Shown here: piece after piece, positions 24,401-34,197 of the stretch
Position numbering within the stretch: position 1 is the first letter of the stretch
Layout of the letters: each line of letters starts with the position of its first letter
Assembly (NCBI GenBank): GCA_002269645.1
Contig: NIVC01001234.1
Span: forward strand, 62,001 to 126,000
Direction: 5' to 3'
Origin: Macrostomum lignano
Lineage: Eukaryota
Length of the DNA stretch: 64,000 nt
Translations under genes and position numbers: made by a program
The notes under the pieces: generated by a model
Told to the model about the DNA's origin: nothing
The model's database searches: none
Seen by the model: the letters and a program-made list of their open reading frames with translations, nothing else

Positions 24401-27400
24401 ATTCGAGTGTTTACCGTCGAGAGCGGAAACATGTGTGGAAAAGCGCCAGAGTTTAAGCAGTTGGCCCGGAAGTCTTTTGGAGAGGTCTCCCGACTACGAT
24501 CTGGCACTTTCAACAAGGTAGGGCGTTTTATTAGAGATTCAGCTATGGCATGGCTTGCTCACGGACAACAAGAACAACGACAAACGTATAAGTATTTTCT
24601 ACTCGTATTTCTATCCACAGTTGATGGAGTTCCTCAGACGCGCCGTAAAAGGAAGAATCAGCTTCAGCGCATTTCCAAGAAGCCCGTCGGCGCTCAAAAA
24701 GGCTCTCAGAGGCAGTGAGTATTTCTTTTTAACATACCTTACATACGAGCAACAGTTGCAGCCAAGAGGATTATCCGTGGCATTGAAACCTACTCGTAAT
24801 TTACTACTTATGGTATGAAACAGGCGCGGAGCCTGTTAAATTGGATAATAATTTACTATAAAAGGGACTCCACAAACATCAGTTACCTGACAGTAACGAT
24901 TTCAATAATATAATTGCAGAATGCCGTTGTCGAATTGTCAGGCACCGTCGATGCAAACGAGTTTCATCGCGTGAGTGCCAGATTATTTTTTATGGTGCAA
25001 TACCACTATCTAAATTCGGCTTTTAAAAACTATTAAACTAATCTATTAATTAAACTATAATTAAACTATAAAATTATTAAACTATATCTACTAATAGATG
25101 TCTCAATGAACAATGGTTTATAGACTAGACTAATCCAAGAGAGGTGGGCGATGCCAGCCGATTGAATCTAGTTGGAGCCTTTAATATTCGTAGTCGTAAC
25201 TAAAATGACGCCCTTCTGACCTTCCAGCGGCCGGAGTGAAGTACGTCGGCTGCTTTAAGGACAATCGCTACAGGGATTTGCCGGTAGTTTACACTGCCAA
25301 CTAAAAGACGACAAAGGCTTACTGCTTCCGCTATTGTCGAGCCAAGGGCTACAGGTACTTTGGTCTGCAAAACGGCAATGCGTGCACCTGCGGAAACACC
25401 GTCGGTCGGTATGGAAAAGCGAAGAGCAAGGATTGCGCCAGGTCCACCTGTAAGGGCGACAAGAGGTCCAAATGTGGTGGACCATGGAGGAACAGCGTCT
25501 TCACAACCGGACTGAAGCCCAAGAGCTTCAAGAGTAAGTGTGCAGTCAAGCAGAAAATTCGCTTTCCACGCTCGCTCGTAGGCTCGTACGGTATATTAGA
25601 TATTTTTGAATGTAAAACGAGATTGCTCTGTACGGTTTGGATGGGGTTTTGCTGACCTGCATGTGCCCACTATTTCTCTTTTAAGCACCTGGAATGTCTC
25701 ACATTGGCTGCTTTGTTGACGGCCGGAGACGCGATCTTCCAACTCTGGCAGGAAAAGGCAGCATGACTGTTGGAAGGTGCTACGGACTATGCAAGAAAAA
25801 GGGATTCCGATTCTTTGGCGTTCAGATAGGAAAACAGTGCTGGTGCGGCAACCACTACGGTCGCTACGGCCGACGCGACAAACGCGAGTGCCGCTACCAG
25901 TGCAGAGGAGACAAGACGACCTACTGCGGAGGCGCGTGGAGAAACAATGTCTACGCGACGGGTGTTGTCGTCGCCAGCAAAGGTAACCGAGTCTGTCAAC
26001 AGGTTTACGCTTGTAGCTTTCTGGAGATCCAAGCAATCCTAGTGTACTGCTGTTTTTCGTTGCGCCATCTAGCCAGTTAGCCAGCAGCACTACTAATAGA
26101 TGTCTCAATGAACAATGGTTTAGAGACTAGACTAATCCAAGAGAGGTGGGCGATGCCAGCCGATTGAATCTAGTTGGAGCCTTTAATATTCGTAGTCGTA
26201 ACTAAAATGACGCCCTTCTGACCTTCCAGCGGCCGGAGTGAAGTACGTCGGCTGCTTTAAGGACAATCGCTACAGGGATTTGCCGGTAGTTTACACTGCC
26301 AACTACAAGACGACAAAGGCTTACTGCTTCCGCTATTGTCGAGCCAAGGGCTACAGGTACTTTGGTCTGCAAAACGGCAATGCGTGCACCTGCGGAAACA
26401 CCGTCGGTCGGTATGGAAAAGCGAAGAGCAAGGATTGCGCCAGGTCCACCTGTAAGGGCGACAAGAGGTCCAAATGTGGTGGACCATGGAGGAACAGCGT
26501 CTTCACAACCGGACTGAAGCCCAAGAGCTTCAAGAGTAAGTGTGCAGTCAAACGGAAAATTCGCTTTCCACGCTCGCTCGTAGGCTCGTAGGGTACATAA
26601 GACATTTTGTAAAGTAAAACGGTGAAGTGATACATTTTGGCCCTGAAAGTTTCAATCCAGTTTGAATGTATTTCCAACCAATGAACGCGCTCCAGCAAGC
26701 AAAAGCTGAGCACACGATCCCAGTCTTAGCTAATGAAAAGTAGACATCCTTTCCCTACAACAGACTGAACCTTCGGTTCCCCCGAACAATTAGAACCTAC
26801 CATAGAATTGAGTTAATCTCGAGATTGCGAACACCAAATACAATACAACGGTCAGTAAGTTAACATCAATTGATTGCATCATCAGGAAAAGTTAGTCGAA
26901 TCCGCCGCCTTAGTTATTTGGCTCTCACATTGGTAATTGAAGTTATTATTGAGCTTAGTAGTGAGAGATCAGAAGACCAAAGACACCCAAGTTATAGACA
27001 TATATAAAAAATTTCAACGGGCTGGCTCTGTCCGTGTCTTGGATTAGGAGCCAACCAGCTGGGGTTTTACTGACCTGCGTGTGCCCACTATTTCTTTTTT
27101 AAGCACCTGAATGTCTCACATTGGCTGCTTTGTTGACGGCCGGAGGCGCGATCTTCCAACTGTGGGAGGAAAAGGCAGCATAACTGTTGGAAGGTGCTAC
27201 GGACTGTGCAAGAAAAAGGGATTCCGATTCTTTGGCGTTCAGATAGGAAAACAGTGCTGGTGCGGCAACCACTACGGTCGCTACGGCCGACGCGACAAAC
27301 GCGAGTGCCGCTACCAGTGCAGAGGAGACAAGACGACCTACTGTGGCGGCTCCTGGAGAAACGACGTGTACGCTACCGGACTCGAAGAGCACGCCTCCGG

Positions 27401-30400
27401 AGTTACCCTACTTGGCTGCTTCCGCGACAATTCGAAGCGCGACTTGCCCCTTGTACACGGCGCCGGTCACCGGACCACAAAGGCGTACTGTCTGAAGTAC
27501 TGCAAGTCTCGCGGCTACAGGTACTTTGGCCTCCAGGCTGGATCTGCGTGCACCTGCGGCAACAAATATGGCAGCTTTGGCCGAGTCAATGCAAAGCAGT
27601 GCAGAACGCGCTGTAGAGGCGACAAAAGACGAACCTGCGGCGGCTCTTGGAGAAACTCTGTCTACTCGACTGGAATCGGCAGCAAGCCTGTTCGTCGTGA
27701 GTACAACAGTACAGATTCGCAATTGATTGCTTTTTTGTCCACCTAGCTCGTGTTTATATTAGTTTGCAGCTCTCAGTTGAGAACTATGCGATGCCTCACT
27801 AATTGCGCGCGCCGTTTCTCTTCCTTCCATAAATACGAGTAGTTTCAAGCAATATAAGGTGGCTATTTTGAAATTGTGCGCAAATTAGTCTGACATCTTG
27901 AAACTTTAAATGCATTAAATATCATCAGCGAGAGCGTGGGCGTCCAAGAGTTGAGCCTTTCTCATAAGTTGTTTACATAAACGACAGCAAATAATGTGTA
28001 CAGTAGTAGTCTGTCGCTACCGCTTTCAGTGCCCGGATTGAAGCATCTCGGCTGCTATCTGGACAAGAGCTCCAGAGATCTTAGAAAGCTGGTTCTCTCC
28101 GGATCAGTTACTGTGCCAAAGTGCTACAAGGCGTGCAAAGCCAGGAAATATCGCTTCTTCGGTGTGCAAAATGGCTACCAGTGCTGGTGCGGCAACCACT
28201 ATGGCAGGTACAGAATCCGATCAAACTTGGAGTGCAGAGTACAGTGCAGAGGAGACAAGTCGACCTACTGCGGAGGCGCGTGGAGAAACAATGTCTACGC
28301 GACGGGTGTTGTCGTCGCCAGCAAAGGTAACCGAGTCTGTCAACAGGTTTACGCTTGTAGCTTTCTGGAGATCCAAGCAATCCTAGTGTACTGCTGTTTT
28401 TCGTTGCGCCATCTAGCCATTTAGCCAGCAGCACTACTAATAGATGTCTCAATGAACAATGGTTTATAGACTAGACTAATCCAAGAGAGGTGGGCGATGC
28501 CAGCCGATTGAATCTAGTTGGAGCCTTTAATATCGTAGTCGTAACTAAAATGACGCCCTTCTGACCTTCCAGCGGCCGGAGTGAAGTACGTCGGCTGCTT
28601 CAAGGACAATCGCTACAGGGATTTGCCGGTAGTTTACACTGCCAACTACAAGACGACAAAGGCTTACTGCTTCCGCTATTGTCGAGCCAAGGGCTACAGG
28701 TACTTTGGTCTGCAAAACGGCAATGCGTGCACCTGCGGAAACACCGTCGGTCGGTATGGAAAAGCGAAGAGCAAGGATTGCGCCAGGTCCACCTGTAAGG
28801 GCGACAAGAGGTCCAAATGTGGTGGACCATGGAGGAACAGCGTCTTCACAACCGGACTGAAGCCCAAGAGCTTCAAGAGTAAGTGTGCAGTCAAGCAGAA
28901 AATTCGCTTTCCACGCTCGCTCGTAGGCTCGTACGGTATATTAGATATTTTTGAATGTAAAACGAGATTGCTCTGTACGGTTTGGATGGGGTTTTGCTGA
29001 CCTGCATGTGCCCACTATTTCTCTTTTAAGCACCTGGAATGTCTCACATTGGCTGCTTTGTTGACGGCCGGAGACGCGATCTTCCAACTCTGGCAGGAAA
29101 AGGCAGCATGACTGTTGGAAGGTGCTACGGACTATGCAAGAAAAAGGGATTCCGATTCTTTGGCGTTCAGATAGGAAAACAGTGCTGGTGCGGCAACCAC
29201 TACGGTCGCTACGGCCGACGCGACAAACGCGAGTGCCGCTACCAGTGCAGAGGAGACAAGACGACCTACTGCGGAGGCGCGTGGAGAAACAATGTCTACG
29301 CGACGGGTGTTGTCGTCGCCAGCAAAGGTAACCGAGTCTGTCAACAGGTTTACGCTTGTAGCTTTCTGGAGATCCAAGCAATCCTAGTGTACTGCTGTTT
29401 TTCGTTGCGCCATCTAGCCAGTTAGCCAGCAGCACTACTAATAGATGTCTCAATGAACAATGGTTTAGAGACTAGACTAATCCAAGAGAGGTGGGCGATG
29501 CCAGCCGATTGAATCTAGTTGGAGCCTTTAATATTCGTAGTCGTAACTAAAATGACGCCCTTCTGACCTTCCAGCGGCCGGAGTGAAGTACGTCGGCTGC
29601 TTTAAGGACAATCGCTACAGGGATTTGCCGGTAGTTTACACTGCCAACTACAAGACGACAAAGGCTTACTGCTTCCGCTATTGTCGAGCCAAGGGCTACA
29701 GGTACTTTGGTCTGCAAAACGGCAATGCGTGCACCTGCGGAAACACCGTCGGTCGGTATGGAAAGCGAAGAGCAAGGATTGCGCCAGGTCCACCTGTAAG
29801 GGCGACAAGAGGTCCAAATGTGGTGGACCATGGAGGAACAGCGTCTTCACAACCGGACTGAAGCCCAAGAGCTTCAAGAGTAAGTGTGCAGTCAAACGGA
29901 AAATTCGCTTTCCACGCTCGCTCGTAGGCTCGTAGGGTACATAAGACATTTTGTAAAGTAAAACGGTGAAGTGATACATTTTGGCCCTGAAAGTTTCAAT
30001 CCAGTTTGAATGTATTTCCAACCAATGAACGCGCTCCAGCAAGCAAAAGCTGAGCACACGATCCCAGTCTTAGCTAATGAAAAGTAGACATCCTTTCCCT
30101 ACAACAGACTGAACCTTCGGTTCCCCCGAACAATTAGAACCTACCATAGACTTGAGTTAATCTCGAGATTGCGAACACCAAATACAATACAACGGTCAGT
30201 AAGTTAACATCAATTGATTGCATCATCAGGAAAAGTTAGTCGAATCCGCCGCCTTAGTTATTTGGCTCTCACATTGGTAATTGAAGTTATTATTGAGCTT
30301 AGTAGTGAGAGATCAGAAGACCAAAGACACCCAAGTTATAGACATATATAAAAAATTTCAACGGGCTGGCTCTGTCCGTGTCTTGGATTAGGAGCCAACC

Positions 30401-33041
30401 AGCTGGGGTTTTACTGACCTGCGTGTGCCCACTATTTCTTTTTTAAGCACCTGGAATGTCTCACATTGGCTGCTTTGTTGACGGCCGGAGGCGCGATCTT
30501 CCAACTGTGGGAGGAAAAGGCAGCATAACTGTTGGAAGGTGCTACGGACTGTGCAAGAAAAAGGGATTCCGATTCTTTGGCGTTCAGATAGGAAAACAGT
30601 GCTGGTGCGGCAACCACTACGGTCGCTACGGCCGACGCGACAAACGCGAGTGCCGCTACCAGTGCAGAGGAGACAAGACGACCTACTGTGGCGGCTCCTG
30701 GAGAAACGACGTGTACGCTACCGGACTCGAAGAGCACGCCTCCGGAGTTACCCTACTTGGCTGCTTCCGCGACAATTCGAAGCGCGACTTGCCCCTTGTA
30801 CACGGCGCCGGTCACCGGACCACAAAGGCGTACTGTCTGAAGTACTGCAAGTCTCGCGGCTACAGGTACTTTGGCCTCCAGGCTGGATCTGCGTGCACCT
30901 GCGGCAACAAATATGGCAGCTTTGGCCGAGTCAATGCAAAGCAGTGCAGAACGCGCTGTAGAGGCGACAAAAGACGAACCTGCGGCGGCTCTTGGAGAAA
31001 CTCTGTCTACTCGACTGGAATCGGCAGCAAGCCTGTTCGTCGTGAGTACAACAGTACAGATTCGCAATTGATTGCTTTTTTGTCCACCTAGCTCGTGTTT
31101 ATATTAGTTTGCAGCTCTCAGTTGAGAACTATGCGATGCCTCACTAATTGCGCGCGCCGTTTCTCTTCCTTCCATAAATACGAGTAGTTTCAAGCAATAT
31201 AAGGTGGCTATTTTGAAATTGTGCGCAAATTAGTCTGACATCTTGAAACTTTAAATGCATTAAATATCATCAGCGAGAGCGTGGGCGTCCAAGAGTTGAG
31301 CCTTTCTCATAAGTTGTTTACATAAACGACAGCAAATAATGTGTACAGTAGTAGTCTGTCGCTACCGCTTTCAGTGCCCGGATTGAAGCATCTCGGCTGC
31401 TATCTGGACAAGAGCTCCAGAGATCTTAGAAAGCTGGTTCTCTCCGGATCAGTTACTGTGCCAAAGTGCTACAAGGCGTGCAAAGCCAGGAAATATCGCT
31501 TCTTCGGTGTGCAAAATGGCTACCAGTGCTGGTGCGGCAACCACTATGGCAGGTACAGAATCCGATCAAACTTGGAGTGCAGAGTACAGTGCAGAGGAGA
31601 CAAGTCGACCTACTGCGGAGGCGCATGGAGAAACAACGTGTTTACAACTGGATATAATCCGAAAGCCTCAGGTGGGTCGGTTGTACAGAATTATTCAGGA
31701 ATATAAAGTAGTTTCAAATGTGCGAATATTGCTTATATTTCAGTGAAAACCTGCCCATCGGGATCGAAGGCAAAGACTGTGAAGCGCCTTGTATGTGGCT
31801 GTGCCCCCGCTTCGGGATCTCAGAGGCTTGGTTCTTTGGTGATTGTTGTCGACACAACGGGCAGCATGAGCAGTGTTTATAAATCTGTCCGCCGTAGCAT
31901 TTCAAGGATTTTGTCGGCAAACAGGCGGTTCCAGAATTTTGTTGTTTCAAGCTACGGGGATCCTTATAAGCGGCACGTCATTCGAACAAAATCCATTTCG
32001 AGGGTTCAGCGATTTCTCAACGGGCTTAAAATTAGAGGTGGTGGCGATTGTCCTGAGTATTCAATGTCTGCCGTGATTGACGCGGCGAAATTGGCTGATA
32101 AAGATTCTGTTTTGCTTCTGTTTACTGATGCATCGGCTAAGGACCGCAGTTTGACGTCTAGTGCAGCAAAGTTGTTGAAGTCGAAACGAATTCGTTTTAT
32201 CGCAATCGGCAGCGGTCGTCTTTGTGGCCGCGGTGCTGAGTATGATGTTCTCGCGAAAAATACTGGTGGACTGGTAGCCAAGTTGAACCGTCGAGTTTCC
32301 GATAAGGTGACAGTTGAAATGGTATCTCTGTGACTGTACTTTTCCTTTCATTTTACATTATAACGTATTCGGATTTTTTAATTTTTAGGTGATGAAACTA
32401 ATTGAACTAGCAGCTAAAGGGAAAATGAGCTTCAGTGCTTTCCCGAAGAATACTCGCGATCTTGCTAATGCTCTGAGAGGAAGTAAGTTTTTAATCCGGG
32501 TTTATTGCTTCTACGAGCTATTTCTTATATTTTGTTGCGGCTGACGCTGCTTAATGTTTCCAAAATTATTTTCAGAATGCCCGTGCCGAACTGTGACGCG
32601 TCATATCTGCGCGATGCCACATTCAGGTGAGAGTCTGTAATAGTCTTTCTTCGGGTTGTGCATGTTGAGATTCTATACTCACGGGTTAATTTATTTTGCG
32701 GCTTTAGCGTCAGTGGTAATTAGATTACTTTCCTTTTACTTTAACAGTATGAATTTTGTTCATTTTTAGCTTCGCTTGGGTGCTTCCTGGACGATCCCAA
32801 GTACCCAGACTTCTCGGTTGTTGCTGGCCGGGGCAAGATGACAGTGTGGAAGTGCAACAACCTGTGCAAAGCTAAGAAGTTCTCGTATTTCGGTCTAAAG
32901 AACGGCTCGAAGTGCAGCTGCGGTGACAACTACGGAAACAGTGGCGGTGCAAAAGAGTCCAAGTGCAACAAACGCTGCTCTGGAAATTCCAAAGACAAAT
33001 GCGGCGGCACCGCGACCAATAGCGTCTACAAGGTTGACTAA
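9468..33041 (+). CDS. Giant modular WSC/LCCL/vWA extracellular protein, ~4,700 aa: WSC-(LCCL-vWA-linker)x9-WSCx12-vWA-linker-WSC
   Basis: Every exon has GT/AG borders and the phases chain from 9746 to the stop at 33039-33041. The reconstructed exons total ~14.15 kb once single-base lesions are corrected. The 5' start at 9468 (MLTKNALVVLLV, signal-like) is tentative. As assembled, the frame is interrupted at ~20421, ~21142, ~23091, ~23115, 25302 (TAA), ~27108 and ~29762. Confidence 0.75.
9746..10033 (+). CDS. First WSC-domain exon of the giant gene
   Basis: 288 nt, phase 1-1. Translation HGFEYKGCYKDSRNRDLP...CGRLC..YRYFGVQFSKECWCGN...ECNMACRGNSREKCGSHWRNNVY shows the 8-Cys WSC pattern. Confidence 0.85.
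10812..11141 (+). CDS. LCCL-domain exon (copy 1 of 9)
   Basis: The sequence contains the LCCL signature VWGSGIYTADSSLSKAAVHAG...GRSSYRSTRRNGV. Acceptor CGCTAG, donor GTAAGT. Confidence 0.85.
11293..11849 (+). CDS. Hemicentin/VWA7-type von Willebrand A exon (copy 1 of 9)
   Basis: Motifs IFVIDITGSM, VATFGDP, GGGDCPE and LFTDASAKD include the MIDAS-type residues. The ORF-track extension past 11849 is intron read-through. Confidence 0.9.
25228..31671 (+). CDS. Array of ten WSC-coding exons (12 WSC domains) in the order A-B-A-C-D-A-B-A-C-D'
   Basis: A: 25228-25533, 26230-26535, 28573-28878, 29575-29879. B: 25686-25982, 29031-29327. C (double WSC): 27104-27696, 30448-31041. D: 28030-28326, 31375-31671. 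All are phase 1-1. Periods are 1,002 and 3,345 bp. Confidence 0.85.
31744..33041 (+). CDS. Diverged vWA cassette and terminal WSC exon of the giant gene
   Basis: Exons are 31744-32306 (vWA: VVDTTGSM, GGGDCPE, FTDA), 32389-32482 (94 nt), 32576-32626 (51 nt) and 32770-33041 (WSC plus TAA). The 94-nt and 51-nt linker exons match the array cassette in size and phase. An ATTAAA lies at 33128. Confidence 0.88.
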
Positions 33042-34197
33042 TTAAGATTCAATTTACACTTGTCAACTCAAACGTTTAGGTGATGGTACAAAAGACTTGA
33101 GCAACTAAAATCACTAGAGATAAATACATTAAATACAATACAACCGTCTATTACATTACTGGTTCCGGTTATTGCTTCGAATTGTTTGAACGCAAAAAGA
33201 TTTTTTGACTTAACAGTGCGGCCGCAATTTGAAACCCCTCGGAGCCTGATAGCTCGCAGTCGGGCATTACAACGCCAGTAAAATTAGCTGGCTCTAAACC
33301 CGTTTCATACTGGAAATATTTTGATTTTGCTATAAAAATTCAATATTTTGAAACTAGTTGATATCATGTAGGTCGTCATCAAACTCCTGTGAAACGATCG
33401 AAACTGAGTCATGCATGTGCTACACAAGGATGAATTATTAGCCCGTTCCTCGCCCCAAATCGTGAGTGAGTTGTTGAGAACTCAGGCTTGCGTTGGTTTG
33501 GTCTGAGTCTGCCTTACTGCAGTATAATTCACTTACTGTAGCTGTTTGCACCGGGCTGCAGCACAGAGTTTTCTCAGAGTGCAATGTGTGCCAAGGCAGT
33601 CCAGCGTATGCTTGGACCAGGGACGTTTTAAGTTAGACATCTGGATAGGCGGCGAATCTGCGATTTGGTCATTGTAGTACAACTATAGGAATTAATAATT
33701 ACATTTACAGAGCATCCAGATTCATATTATCACTGATTGCGAGCAGTTTATTGAGCATTTAAATGAGTCAGAAATTCTAAATATCAGATGCAGAGCTGCC
33801 AAGTCAATGCAGAACTTCGTAAGGTGCTCACTATTATATTTTAGTGAATTTCTTGCAATACAAATGGGCGAAATCCCGGTACCGAGAGTAATAGAAAGAA
33901 TGATAAAGCTCCAGATTCACTCTATTAATACTCCCTGGTTGTGCGGCTGAGTTTGTGCTTCGGACAAAAAACGATGTAAAAATGCGAAGTCTTGTGTGTA
34001 CAGAGGGTGCAGAGGGACACAGAGAAGGGGGCGTCAACATGAGGGGTGGAGGCTTGTCAGAGCCGAGCAGAAAAGCGCGTGACACGAGGGCAAGGCAAAA
34101 AGACAGAGGCCACACTTCTTTCGGTTTGTGCAAGTCTCACTGCGCTTCTTTCACTCTTTCGTTAGCGCATAGCAGCGCTCAGAAGAAACCGAGTTCG

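Larger units (their letters stand above)
10774..25027 (+). repeat. Tandem array of nine 1,584-bp units, each a 4-exon coding cassette
   Basis: The ORF track repeats with period 1584; copies 7 and 8 are each 2 bp shorter. Copy-1 exons: LCCL 10812-11141, vWA 11293-11849, linker 11953-12046, Cys linker 12252-12302. These total 1,032 nt (344 aa) per unit, with phases 1-1-0-1-1. Copy-9 exons: 23480-23809, 23961-24517, 24621-24714, 24920-24970. Confidence 0.95.

Noticed and set aside
11225-24818. Repeated antisense and alternative-frame ORFs (84, 122, 88, 87 aa) in each 1,584-bp unit
   Set aside because: They are shadows of the LCCL/vWA exons or intron read-through. They recur only because the DNA is duplicated and have no recognisable motifs.
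9468-33041. Identification of the giant gene as a known flatworm adhesive protein
   Set aside because: The flatworm adhesion proteins I recall use C-type lectin, vWD, TIL, EGF and TSP1 domains, not WSC/LCCL/vWA. No gene name was assigned.
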